DNA of 46,852 nt, taken from NCBI GenBank assembly GCA_963694575.1, contig CAVOEM010000002.1:1-46852 (forward strand), written 5' to 3'. Position 1 is the stretch's first letter. Every line of letters begins with the position of its first letter. Both the position numbers and the translations under genes were made by a program. This document shows positions 7,852-17,446 of the stretch, piece by piece. Source of the stretch: Planctomycetes bacterium UBA1146. GTDB lineage: Bacteria > Planctomycetota > UBA8108 > UBA1146. Under the pieces are notes generated by a model. It was not told the DNA's origin. It ran no database searches and was given only the letters and a program-made list of their open reading frames with translations.

Positions 7852-9891
7852 TCAGGGACAACCGCCGTCGAGGCAAATCTGATCCCCTGCAAGATTGCCA
7901 CACTCCGGAAATGGAGCGGTAGGTGGGGTGGCGGAGTTGAACTGGTATCCCAGCAGTGCCACGGGATCGGCGATGTTCACCAGTTCATCATGATTGATAT
8001 CGATGGCTGCCATGCAGGAGCATGGTTCACCGAAGAAGAGGTGTTGAAGCAACTGGATCGGATCGGCGATATTCAAGATGAGGTCGGTGTTCACATCGCC
8101 GCGAATGAAATCGCGATCGCACGCATCGGGTAATAGGTCGCCGTCTGTATCGATTTCGGTGCCGAGGAACAACTCCATCAGATCGTTGACACCATCCGAA
8201 TCGCAGTCCGGCAGGAGTACTCCATGTAGCATGAACATCATCTCAAGGTCGCTGACGCTCAGCAGGGAGTCTCCATCGAAGTCAAAGATCTCGCACCCGG
8301 GGGAAAAGTCACCGGCAGCAGCAATCAGGAACTGTGAGATATCTTCCAGGTCGACGGAGCCATCGCGGTTGGCATCGCCTAGCAGATCGGAATGGTAGAG
8401 CTTCCAGGTGTGATTGGCGGGGAGATCGGTGAGATTCCTGCTGGAACCATCGGGAAAGGTGACAGTCAAGTGAGCCACTGTTTCTGCAGCTGCTAGACCG
8501 TGTTGAAAGATCATTTCACCTTCCGAGCGGTAGTGCTGACCTGCACCTCGCTGGGAGGCGTAGAAGAGATCTCCCGATTCATCTCGTAATTCGATTCTGG
8601 ACCCGATGGCGAAATGATTGGGGAAAGGGGCCACCGGATCGAGGCGGATGAAGTTCCCATTGCCTTCATTTGGATGGATGTAGAGGTGGAAGTAGCCCAG
8701 GCAATCCTGAGCGGCCAGGTCGATGTCTCCATCGAGGTCTACATCGAGAGGAACTGCACAGAAACTCTGGCCAGTGCCGGCAAGGTCCAGTTCCGAGGCG
8801 TTTTCGATCCAGTTCATCGGGCCGAGCTGCTCGAAGAAACGATTGGGAGCCATGCTGTCGACCACGAACAGGTCGAGATCACCGTCGAGACCATGATCGA
8901 AGAAGAAGTTGGCCCAGCCCACTGACCCGTCGGAGATACCGTAATCGTCGGACGCATCGTAGAAGTTGAAATCGCCTTGATTGATCAGAAGCGGATGAGC
9001 TTCGTTCACATTGGTGCAATACAGGTCCATCAAGCCATCCAGATTTACATCTGCGGTGGTGATGCCCATCGAACAGATACTGACACCAGATCCGAGGTCA
9101 CTCTGGTCGAGGTAAAAAGGATCTGAGTTCTCCAGCATGTAGTTCTGTGGGTCGCCAACACAGCCCTTGTCATTGGAGAGATAGATGTCGAGATCTCCAT
9201 CGAGGTCAAAATCTTGAAGCAATCCCTGGAAGGTCACGAGGATGTTAGTGATCGGCTCGAGCGGATTCACCGACTCCTCGAAGGTGCCATCTCCATTGTT
9301 GTAATAGAGATGCCCATGAGAGGATTCAGGCCCTCCCGCGGTCGAAGGAGCGGACCCTACGACGAGCAAGTCGAGCCAGTCGTCGCCATTGAGGTCAGCG
9401 AATGCTGCGCCTGAAGTATTGCCACTGGTCATCAGGCCGACCTCTTCGGTGGTGTCAGTGAACAGGAAGTCGCCGTCATTTCGGAGAAAGTAATCGTGCT
9501 GGCCCCAGCAAAGAATCAGCAGATCCAGGTCTCCATCACCATCCGGATCTCCGGTGGCCAGCGCATTGGCAGTGGGCATCTCCGGTAAATTGACATCGGC
9601 AGTTCGGTCGATGAAGTAACCACTACCATCATTTTCAAGAAAGCGAACAGGTCCAGCCAGGCCGGTGATGACCAGGTCGGCATCTCCATCTTGATCGAGA
9701 TCAATCGCACCAAATCCGGCTCCGGCATCGGGGACCGAGGTGATGTAGAACAGGTCGAGACCTCTGAAAGCGGCTTCGTCGGTGAACGGGATGCTCTGGG
9801 AGCAGAGGATGCACGGCAGCAGGATCATCCAGATCGCACTCGATGCGATCAGTGATGAAGTGGAGTATTTGCAGTGCGAAATCCTCGACAA
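7852..9891 (-). CDS. Secreted CRTAC1-like protein: FG-GAP/VCBS repeats + ASPIC/UnbV domain + Cys-rich dockerin/EF-hand-like C-terminal module (paralog 1)
   Basis: TTG start, hydrophobic N-terminus IASSAIWMILLPCILCSQS. FG-GAP/VCBS units include AIDLDQDGDADLVITG, GDPDGDGDLDLLILC and FADLNGDDWLDLLVVG. The UnbV-like part is NFIRLDPVAPFPNHFAIGSRIELRD..FQHGLAAAETVAHLTVTFPDG. Ca-binding-like repeats are GDANRDGSVDLEDISQF, DTDGDLLPDACD, RGDVNTDLILNIADPIQLL and IDINHDELVNIADPVALL. The protein ends in CLDGGCP. Confidence 0.8.
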   Translation of the reverse strand: MSRISHCKYSTSSLIASSAIWMILLPCILCSQSIPFTDEAAFRGLDLFYITSVPDAGAGFGAIDLDQDGDADLVITGLAGPVRFLENDGSGYFIDRTADVNLPEMPTANALATGDPDGDGDLDLLILCWGQHDYFLRNDGDFLFTDTTEEVGLMTSGNTSGAAFADLNGDDWLDLLVVGSAPSTAGGPESSHGHLYYNNGDGTFEESVNPLEPITNILVTFQGLLQDFDLDGDLDIYLSNDKGCVGDPQNYMLENSDPFYLDQSDLGSGVSICSMGITTADVNLDGLMDLYCTNVNEAHPLLINQGDFNFYDASDDYGISDGSVGWANFFFDHGLDGDLDLFVVDSMAPNRFFEQLGPMNWIENASELDLAGTGQSFCAVPLDVDLDGDIDLAAQDCLGYFHLYIHPNEGNGNFIRLDPVAPFPNHFAIGSRIELRDESGDLFYASQRGAGQHYRSEGEMIFQHGLAAAETVAHLTVTFPDGSSRNLTDLPANHTWKLYHSDLLGDANRDGSVDLEDISQFLIAAAGDFSPGCEIFDFDGDSLLSVSDLEMMFMLHGVLLPDCDSDGVNDLMELFLGTEIDTDGDLLPDACDRDFIRGDVNTDLILNIADPIQLLQHLFFGEPCSCMAAIDINHDELVNIADPVALLGYQFNSATPPTAPFPECGNLAGDQICLDGGCP

Positions 9892-10069
9892 CGTAGTCCT
9901 ACCTTTCCCAGAGCCCCTGGGGATGGCGTCACACAGAATGGAGCCATCTCATCTTTCAATTAAAGTTATCTACCGGGGGCCAAGCAACAAAATTATCGGA
10001 GAGACTCAGGAGGGAAGGCTGGACGGGTAATTTTCCCGAAATTCGTGCCTGAAGCGAAGTGGCGAGGAT

Positions 10070-12097
10070 TTAGGGGCATCCACTCTCGATGCAAGTCAGA
10101 GATTCGAGACCATTTCCGCAGTCGGGGAACGGAAAATGTGGAGCTGGGCCGGAATTGAACAGGTACCCGAGGAGTGCCACGGGATCTGCGATATTCACCT
10201 GTTCATCGTCATTGACGTCGACGGCCGCGAAACAGGGACAAGGGGTACCGAAGAACAGATGCTGAAGCAACTCGATAGGATCGGCGACATCCAGGGAGAG
10301 GTCGATATTGACATCTCCTCGGAGGTAGTGGCTGTCACAACTGTCGGGGAGGTTGTCCCCATCGGAATCGACCATGGTTCCAAGATACAGTTCCATCAGA
10401 TCAGAGATGCCGTCTGAATCGCAGTCTGACAAAACGCCGTCGTAGAGGCTGACCAGCCACTCCAGATCAAAGAGGTCGAGTGTAGAGTTTCCATCAAAGT
10501 CGAAGATGGCTGATCCCGGACCAAAGGCACCGGAGCTTACTTGCAGGAATTGCTGACAGTCTTCCAGGTCGACCGATCCATTGCCATTTTCATCTCCCAG
10601 CAGATCTGGATGGTAGAGTTTCCAGGTCTGGTTTGCCGGGAGATCGGTCAGATTCCGGGATTCACCGTCAGGGAAATAGATGGTCAATTGAGCGACTGAT
10701 TCGGCACTCCCCAGGCCGTGGTGGACGATCATCTCTCCCACTGACTTGTAGAAGTCCCCGCCGGCACGTTGGGCGGAATGGAAAAGCACGCCGTTGTCAT
10801 CTCGTAACTCAATTCTGGATCCGATGGCGAAATGATTGGGGTAGGGAGCCACTGGGTCGAGACGGATGAAGTTGTTGCTGGGTACTCCAGTCTGGATGTA
10901 GATATGAACCGGTCCGAAGTGCTCGGTAGTGATCAGGTCAATATCTCCATCCAGGTCGATGTCTACGGGTACTCCGCAGTATGCGAAGCCATTGGCGTCG
11001 AGGCCCAGATCCGGAGCCACATCGAGCCATTGCTGAATACCTTGCTGTTCAAACATCCGATTGGGGCTGGAGGAGTCGAGTACAAATAGATCCAGATCCC
11101 CATCGAGTCCGAGGTCGAAGAAACAGGTGCCCCAACTGATCATTCCAAAGTCGACGCCGTAATCAGTTGCTGCATCGTTGAACGAAAATCCTCCTTCATT
11201 GATGAGGAGAGGATGCGTTAAAGAGTAGTTGGTGCAGTAGATGTCAGGAAAGCCGTCGAGGTTGACATCCGCAGCGGCGATCCCCATCGAGTCGATGCTG
11301 ACGCCAGAGCCCAAATTGCTCATGTCGATGAAGTTCCCCTGCTGATTTTCAAGCATCCAGTTGTGGGCATTTGTGGAATTGCCACGATCGTTGGAGAGAT
11401 AGATATCCAGATCTCCATCCAGGTCGAAGTCTTGCAGTAGACCCTGAAAGGTATGATTTTCAGATTGTGGTATGGCGCGGCCTGGAATTTGTACGGGTGA
11501 CTGGCTGAACGTGCCATCTCCATTATTGTACGAGATTACATTGTCTTCGACGGCACTCCCGGAAGCGATGCAAACCTCCAGCAAATCAATCCAACCATCT
11601 CCATTGAGGTCGCCGAAGGCTGCCGAGGACGTGTTTCCTACATGGGTCAGCCCTGAGTTTTCACTGACATCGGTGAAGTTGAAATCACCATCATTTCTCA
11701 GCAGTCGATTTTTCTCCCCAACACACAAGATCAATAGATCAAGATCTCCATCGCCATCCACATCGCCTGCTGCGACTCCTCGTCCGTTTTGGATCTCCGG
11801 CAAGTCGAGAGTATTGGAGAGGTCAGTGAAGTGACCGGTCCCATCGTTTTTCAGGATGGAAATGTCACCACCAATTCCCGGCAGAACCAGGTCCGCATCC
11901 CCATCTTGATCGAGGTCGACTGCTGCCAGTCCGCTTCCGTATCCAGGAGCTCCTTCAGTGAAAGGGAAGTCGACGCCACGAAGGACCGCTTCATCGATGA
12001 AGGATTGGGATTGTGCGACCAGGACATTGGTGCTGGTCATACAGAGCAGCGCACCACCTGACAGAAGCAGGATGAATATGAAATTTCGAGATTGCAT
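10070..12097 (-). CDS. Secreted CRTAC1-like FG-GAP/UnbV protein with dockerin-like Cys-rich C-terminus (paralog 2)
   Basis: Same architecture and near-identical blocks as 7852..9891: LLQDFDLDGDLDIYLSND, NFIRLDPVAPYPNHFAIGSRIELRD, TWKLYH, CDSDGISDLMELYLGT and VNIADPVALLGYLFNS, ending in CIESGCP. The signal peptide is MQSRNFIFILLLSGGALLCMTSTNVLVAQS. Confidence 0.8.
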   Translation of the reverse strand: MQSRNFIFILLLSGGALLCMTSTNVLVAQSQSFIDEAVLRGVDFPFTEGAPGYGSGLAAVDLDQDGDADLVLPGIGGDISILKNDGTGHFTDLSNTLDLPEIQNGRGVAAGDVDGDGDLDLLILCVGEKNRLLRNDGDFNFTDVSENSGLTHVGNTSSAAFGDLNGDGWIDLLEVCIASGSAVEDNVISYNNGDGTFSQSPVQIPGRAIPQSENHTFQGLLQDFDLDGDLDIYLSNDRGNSTNAHNWMLENQQGNFIDMSNLGSGVSIDSMGIAAADVNLDGFPDIYCTNYSLTHPLLINEGGFSFNDAATDYGVDFGMISWGTCFFDLGLDGDLDLFVLDSSSPNRMFEQQGIQQWLDVAPDLGLDANGFAYCGVPVDIDLDGDIDLITTEHFGPVHIYIQTGVPSNNFIRLDPVAPYPNHFAIGSRIELRDDNGVLFHSAQRAGGDFYKSVGEMIVHHGLGSAESVAQLTIYFPDGESRNLTDLPANQTWKLYHPDLLGDENGNGSVDLEDCQQFLQVSSGAFGPGSAIFDFDGNSTLDLFDLEWLVSLYDGVLSDCDSDGISDLMELYLGTMVDSDGDNLPDSCDSHYLRGDVNIDLSLDVADPIELLQHLFFGTPCPCFAAVDVNDDEQVNIADPVALLGYLFNSGPAPHFPFPDCGNGLESLTCIESGCP

Positions 12098-12208
12098 CGA
12101 ACGCCCTCAATCGGATCCGCTGCAGAACGAGCCCGATCTGCAGTGCTTACTCAATTAATATGCTCAAGGAGAGGGAGGGCTACTTAAATCTTGGAGGGAA
12201 GATCCTAA

Positions 12209-15200
12209 ATGAGCCATAAGTCTTGTTTTCTCATCGATTTGGGACAATTCAGTCGGATTTCCACGAGATACGGAGACCGCAACGCAGATCCCACTCTTCT
12301 CGGTCAGGCGCCACCTGACTGCCCGGGGTCACTCTGGTACCCTCATTCCAGCCTCACAGAACACCCTGAAATGGAGATCAGCCGAGTGAAAATACTCAAC
12401 TCAAATTGGTTCCGATGCATGGCACTTGGCTTGGGCATCGCTAGCGGAATCGCCTGGCCGGCTTTCCTCGCCCGGGCAGATGAGCCCACTCCAAAGAAGA
12501 CTTCCCCGGTCAGTTACTATCGCGATATCCGTCCGATCTTTCAGGCCAATTGCCATGGTTGCCATCAGCCAGCAAAAGCCAAGGGTCAGTACGTGATGAC
12601 CAGCTTTGTCAGCCTGCTCTCCGGTAGCGGAGATCATCCTGCGATCGTTCCTCATCAGCCGGACCAGAGTGAACTGGTTGAAATGATCACCCCCATCGAT
12701 GGTGAATCGGAGATGCCGAAGAAGGGAGATCCGCTGAATCCTGCCCAGATCGATTTGATCAGGGCCTGGATCAGTCAGGGCGCCGTGGACGACACCCCCG
12801 AAAATGCTGTGCAGAAGTATGACTCGAACCATCCTCCTGTATACGAATCTCCTCCGATCGTGACCGCTCTCGACTACTCCCCAGATGGTCGCTGGCTTGC
12901 CGTCTCCGGATATCACGAGGTGTTGATCCACGATGTTGAGAGTTCGACCATCATCGAGCGACTGGTAGGGCTCTCGGAGCGGATCGAATCGGTTCGATTC
13001 TCTCCCGACGGAAAGAAACTGGCAGTGACTGGCGGCTTGCCCGGTCGCATGGGTGAAGTGCAGGTGTGGAATACCGAGAAGTGGATCTTGACCATCTCGG
13101 TACCGGTCACCTTCGACACCGTGTATGGCGCCAGCTGGTCCCCCGATGGCCAGTTGATTGCGTTTGGCTGCGGAGACAACACGGTTCGGGCCATCGATGC
13201 CAGTAGCGGTCAGCAGGTTCTCTTCAATGGAGCATCATCGGACTGGACTCTCGATACTGTCTTCTCCCTCGATGGAAGCCATGTGATCTCCGTCGGACGG
13301 GACATGACTGCAAAGTTGACAGAGGTGAAGACGCAGCGATTCATCGACAACATCACCTCGATCACACCGGCGATTCTCAAGGGCGGGCTGGCGGCCGTCG
13401 ATCGCCACCCGGCCAAGGAAGAGATCCTGGTCGGTGGATCGGATGGGACACCGCAGATCTACAGAATCCACCGTGAGGTCAAGCGCGTCATCGGCGACAA
13501 CTCGAACCTTCTGAGGTCCTTTCCGCCGATGACCGGCAGAGTGTTCGGCCTGGGATACAGCGGCGATGGGAAGAGTATCGCTGCTGGAAGTAGCCTCGAT
13601 GGTCGTGGCCAGGTGACGATCTATAGCAGTGATTTTGACGGAACGCTTCCAGAGGGAATGAAGGGAATTCTCGAAAAGGTCTCCACTTCTCGCAATGCAG
13701 CGGAGAAGAAGAAAATCGAGGAGTTCCACTCTCGGGACATCGAGGTGCTTGCCACCATCGATTTCGACACTCCGATCTATTCGCTCTGTTGGCATCCACA
13801 GAGGCAAGAGGTCGCCATCGGAAGTGCGGATGGAGTGGTCCGCATTCTCGATGGAGAGAAAGGGACCGTGTTGCGAATGGTGATGTCTGCGCCGATGTCT
13901 GGAGATCGAGGAAAGAAGTTGATTGGAATGGTGGTCGACCCACCGACGGTCGAGATCTCCGAGAAGTATCGATATCAGCAGTTGCTGGTCACCGGAGTGC
14001 TCGCTTCGGGACACACCATCGACCTGACACATCAAGTGCGCTACGAGTTGTCCGATTCGATCGCTTCGGTCTCTGGCGGGCTGGTCAGGGCTCTCTCCGA
14101 TGGACAGACCAGCATTCAAATCGTGCATGAAGGTGAAAAGTTAGAAATTCCGGTGGCCATCACAGGTCAAGAAGTGGCCTTCGAGCCAAACTTCATCCGA
14201 GACGTCAATCCAATCATCTCCAAAGCCGGGTGCAATGGCGGCTCCTGCCATGGCTCGAAAGATGGGAAAAACGGATTCAAACTGTCTCTCAGGGGGTACG
14301 ACCCACTGGTCGATGTCAGGGCGTTTTCCGATGATCACGCAGGGCGAAGGATCAATTTTGCTTCTGCGAATGACAGTTTGATGCTGCTGAAGTCGACCGG
14401 GACTGTGCCTCATGAAGGTGGACAGCGATTCACCGTCGACTCGGAGTACTACCAGTTGCTTCGAGACTGGATTACTGCGGGTTGTCCACTGGATCAGCAA
14501 GTGGCGAGGGTCGCCAGGATCGAGGTGATGCCGAAGAATCCAACGATTCAGAGAATCGGCGATACGCAGCAGTTACGAATCACCGCCTTCTATGATGACG
14601 GATCGAAGAGAGATGTGACCGCCGAGGCTTTTGTCAGCAGTGGCAACATCGAGGTCGCTCGGTGCAATCCAACTGGCCTGGTCTCGACCGAAAGAAGGGG
14701 AGAGGCGCCGCTTCTGGCTCGCTTCGAGGGGGCGTATGCGGCAACCACATTGACGGTGATGGGGGATCGATCGCGATTCGAGTGGCAGGAACCAGAGATC
14801 TTTAATCCCATCGATGGTTTTGTTGCCGACAAGTGGAAGCGAATGAAACTCCAGTCTTCTGTTCTTTGCACGGATGCCGAATTCTTGCGCCGTGTTTCGT
14901 TAGACCTGGTGGGCTTGCCTCCGACCGTGGAACAATTGATGGAATTTCTGGAAGATGAGCGAGACAGTAAGATCAAGCGTGAAGCAATGATCGATGAATT
15001 GATCGGCTCTGAAGGTTATGTCGTCCACTGGGGCAATCGCTGGGCAGATTTACTGCAGGTCAACGGCAAGTATCTGGGCAAGGAGGGCGCTTCCAGTTTC
15101 CGTCAGTGGATTCATGAGAAGGTCGAATCCAACGAGCCCTACGACCAGTTCGTTCATCAGATTCTCACTGCCAATGGATCCAACAAGGAGAATCCTCCTG

Positions 15201-17419
15201 CTTCCTACTTCAAGATCCTCCGAACGCCCGTTGAAACGATGGAAAATACCACTCAGTTGTTCCTCGCAACCCGATTCAACTGCAACAAGTGCCATGATCA
15301 TCCATTCGAGCGTTGGACCCAGGATCAGTACTATCAACTGGCGGCCTACTTTGCTCGTGTTGATCTGAAACCAGATCCGGCGGGTGGCGATGCGAAGATT
15401 GGTGGCACTGCAGTGGAGGGAAGCAAGCCGCTCTACGAGATCATTTCCGACAAGGAAACCGGAGAGGTGGTTCATGACCGGACCCGGCAGGAGACCACAC
15501 CAGAATTTCCCTACCCGGTGGACTTCACCGTCGATCCAGGCGCAACTCGGCGGGAGCAACTGGCAGCATGGATGACGTCTGCGAATAATCCGTATTTTGC
15601 CAGGAGTTACGTCAATCGCATCTGGGGATATCTGACCGGAGTCGGCTTGATCGACCCACTGGATGATATCCGAGCCGGAAATCCGCCATCGAATCCAGAA
15701 TTGCTAGAGTTCCTCACCACTCGCTTCGTCGAGAACGACTTCGACGTGAGGATCTTGATCGGGGAGATCTGCAAGTCGAGAACCTATCAACTTTCCATCG
15801 TGGCGAACCCATGGAACCTGGAAGACCAGATCAATTACTCCCATGCGACCCCTCGCAGATTACCAGCCGAGGTGCTCTACGATTCGATCTATCAGGTTCT
15901 GGGGGCGAGTGCCAAGATCCCAGGTGTTCCGGAAGGAACCCGTGCGGCAGCGTTACCCGATGTGGGAATCCAGCTGAAGGACGGCTTCCTGAGCACGCTT
16001 GGTCGATCCGCGCGAGAAAGCGCCTGTGAATGCGACCGCTCCGATGCCTTGGGTCTCGATAGTGTCATGGCACTGGTGACAGGACCGACCGTGGATCAGG
16101 CGATCAGTGATCCCGGTAATGTCATCACCCAACTGGTCGATCAGCATGATGATGACGGAACTCTGATCGAACAACTGTATTTGAGAATCCTCAACCGTCC
16201 GGCCAAGGCTGCGGAAATTGATGCGGTTCTGAACCTGCTAGATGAGATCGATTCCGACCACGTCGCATTGTCTCGAGATTACCAGTCGTACCAGGTGGTG
16301 GCAGCAGAACTCGCCGCGGCTAGAGAAGTTTCTCGACAGTCGGACATCGCCGATGCGAGAGGCGAGGTGACAGAATTTGAGCTGACCATCGCACCGAGAG
16401 AAGAAGAGCTCGACCGGAATCAGCAGGAAGCGATCGCACTGGCCACGACCGAGCAGCTGGCCTATGGCAAGACGATTCCAGAGAAGTTGCTGGAGTGGGA
16501 GAAGTCGCAGGCGTCGTCGACGAGGTGGGAGCTGTTGATCCCGGAGAAATTGCAGGCATCGAGTGGTGCGACCTTGACCCTTGAAGAAGATGGAGCGGTC
16601 CGTGCCACCGGCGAACTGGGGATGGGAACCTACACCTTCACGGCGTCGACTGACCTGGATGCGATCACTGCGATTCGCATCGAAGCGCTGGCCGATCCTG
16701 CTTTACCGGCAGGCGGACCGGGTCGGGGCAACGGCAACTTTGTTCTCTCCGAACTCCAACTCGACTGGACTCCAGCAGCAGTGGGGGAAGATGTCCCGGA
16801 GCCTACAAGAGTGGCCTTGCACCAAGCAAAGGCGAATTTCAGTCAGTCCAGCTACGATGTTGGATTCTCCATCGATGGCAAGATCGATCGGACTGGCTGG
16901 GCAATCTCGCCAAAGACGGGGTCGGATAAGAACGCAACCTATGAACTGACTCAGCCGATCGGCGCTGTAGGTTCGACTCTGACCTTCACTCTCCATCAGA
17001 TTTTCGATGCCAAACATGTGCTGGGAAAATTTCGGATCTGGGTGACCACTTCCCAGGTTCCTGTGGAGATTGGATTGCCGATCGACATCGCCAGCATCGT
17101 CGACATCCCGGATGACGCTCGCAGTGAGGATCAGCGAGGGAAGTTGCTTGGCTACTTCACAGAGAATGATCAAGGTACTCAAGACCACCAGAAGAAGGTT
17201 GCGGATGCAAAAATGCCACGACCGGTGGATCCTGGATTGTTGAAATTGCACGAGAAACTCGCTCGAGTCGAGGTGCCCACATCGCCAGATCCAAAGTTGC
17301 TGCGACTCGAACGAGCGATGAAACTGAGTGAAGAGCAATTGAAGAGCCGACGACTTACACTGGTGCATGACATCGCCTGGGCGCTGATCAACAGTCCGGC
17401 ATTTCTCTTTAACCACTGA
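12209..17419 (+). CDS. Giant PSCyt1 (CxxCH) - WD40 beta-propeller - Ig-like - PSCyt2/DUF1549 - PSD1/DUF1553 protein with a ~400-aa C-terminal extension
   Basis: Heme-binding-type motif CHGCH at 12551-12565. WD40-like blades include LDYSPDGRWLAVSG, VRFSPDGKKLAVTGG, ASWSPDGQLIAFG and VFSLDGSHVISVG. The DUF1549 motifs are CNGGSCHGSKDGKNGFKLSLRGYDP (from 14231) and RFNCNKCHDHPFERW (15281). The DUF1553 motifs are NNPYFARSYVNRIWGYLTGVGLIDPLDD and SARESACECDRS. The C-terminal part contains GRGNGNFVLSELQL. ATG 12209 has GGAGGG 10 nt upstream. ATG 12371 (MEISRVKILNSNWFRCMALGLGIASGIAWPAFLARA) would put the signal peptide at the N-terminus and is a plausible alternative start. Confidence 0.85.
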   Translation: MSHKSCFLIDLGQFSRISTRYGDRNADPTLLGQAPPDCPGSLWYPHSSLTEHPEMEISRVKILNSNWFRCMALGLGIASGIAWPAFLARADEPTPKKTSPVSYYRDIRPIFQANCHGCHQPAKAKGQYVMTSFVSLLSGSGDHPAIVPHQPDQSELVEMITPIDGESEMPKKGDPLNPAQIDLIRAWISQGAVDDTPENAVQKYDSNHPPVYESPPIVTALDYSPDGRWLAVSGYHEVLIHDVESSTIIERLVGLSERIESVRFSPDGKKLAVTGGLPGRMGEVQVWNTEKWILTISVPVTFDTVYGASWSPDGQLIAFGCGDNTVRAIDASSGQQVLFNGASSDWTLDTVFSLDGSHVISVGRDMTAKLTEVKTQRFIDNITSITPAILKGGLAAVDRHPAKEEILVGGSDGTPQIYRIHREVKRVIGDNSNLLRSFPPMTGRVFGLGYSGDGKSIAAGSSLDGRGQVTIYSSDFDGTLPEGMKGILEKVSTSRNAAEKKKIEEFHSRDIEVLATIDFDTPIYSLCWHPQRQEVAIGSADGVVRILDGEKGTVLRMVMSAPMSGDRGKKLIGMVVDPPTVEISEKYRYQQLLVTGVLASGHTIDLTHQVRYELSDSIASVSGGLVRALSDGQTSIQIVHEGEKLEIPVAITGQEVAFEPNFIRDVNPIISKAGCNGGSCHGSKDGKNGFKLSLRGYDPLVDVRAFSDDHAGRRINFASANDSLMLLKSTGTVPHEGGQRFTVDSEYYQLLRDWITAGCPLDQQVARVARIEVMPKNPTIQRIGDTQQLRITAFYDDGSKRDVTAEAFVSSGNIEVARCNPTGLVSTERRGEAPLLARFEGAYAATTLTVMGDRSRFEWQEPEIFNPIDGFVADKWKRMKLQSSVLCTDAEFLRRVSLDLVGLPPTVEQLMEFLEDERDSKIKREAMIDELIGSEGYVVHWGNRWADLLQVNGKYLGKEGASSFRQWIHEKVESNEPYDQFVHQILTANGSNKENPPASYFKILRTPVETMENTTQLFLATRFNCNKCHDHPFERWTQDQYYQLAAYFARVDLKPDPAGGDAKIGGTAVEGSKPLYEIISDKETGEVVHDRTRQETTPEFPYPVDFTVDPGATRREQLAAWMTSANNPYFARSYVNRIWGYLTGVGLIDPLDDIRAGNPPSNPELLEFLTTRFVENDFDVRILIGEICKSRTYQLSIVANPWNLEDQINYSHATPRRLPAEVLYDSIYQVLGASAKIPGVPEGTRAAALPDVGIQLKDGFLSTLGRSARESACECDRSDALGLDSVMALVTGPTVDQAISDPGNVITQLVDQHDDDGTLIEQLYLRILNRPAKAAEIDAVLNLLDEIDSDHVALSRDYQSYQVVAAELAAAREVSRQSDIADARGEVTEFELTIAPREEELDRNQQEAIALATTEQLAYGKTIPEKLLEWEKSQASSTRWELLIPEKLQASSGATLTLEEDGAVRATGELGMGTYTFTASTDLDAITAIRIEALADPALPAGGPGRGNGNFVLSELQLDWTPAAVGEDVPEPTRVALHQAKANFSQSSYDVGFSIDGKIDRTGWAISPKTGSDKNATYELTQPIGAVGSTLTFTLHQIFDAKHVLGKFRIWVTTSQVPVEIGLPIDIASIVDIPDDARSEDQRGKLLGYFTENDQGTQDHQKKVADAKMPRPVDPGLLKLHEKLARVEVPTSPDPKLLRLERAMKLSEEQLKSRRLTLVHDIAWALINSPAFLFNH

Positions 17420-17446
17420 TCGAACCCGTGCCCGAAAGGGGCCAAA

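Noticed and set aside
7838-7853. Perfect 16-bp palindrome gagccatcgatggctc between convergent genes
   Set aside because: As a hairpin it gives only about a 6-bp stem and has no U-tract. It overlaps the stop codon of the 7852 gene. That is not enough to call a terminator or a binding site.
8095-8103. RGD tripeptides in both CRTAC1-like proteins (also 10313-10321)
   Set aside because: They sit inside the dockerin-like Ca-binding loop consensus (R-G-D-V-N-x-D). They are explained by that motif rather than by an integrin-type adhesion signal.
7852-12097. Possible horizontally acquired island suggested by lower GC in the CRTAC1-like genes (and in 18922-21277)
   Set aside because: The idea rests only on hand counts of a few 60-nt samples. 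There are no flanking tRNA, integrase, direct repeats or transposase. The difference may reflect amino-acid composition (Asp/Asn/Leu-rich repeats).
13235-14128. 297-aa minus-strand ORF inside the giant PSCyt/PSD gene (also 17450-18175 inside the DUF1501 gene, and 32573-33202 and 39356-40003 elsewhere)
   Set aside because: All are antisense to genes with strong family motifs and are compositionally biased. I treat them as shadows.
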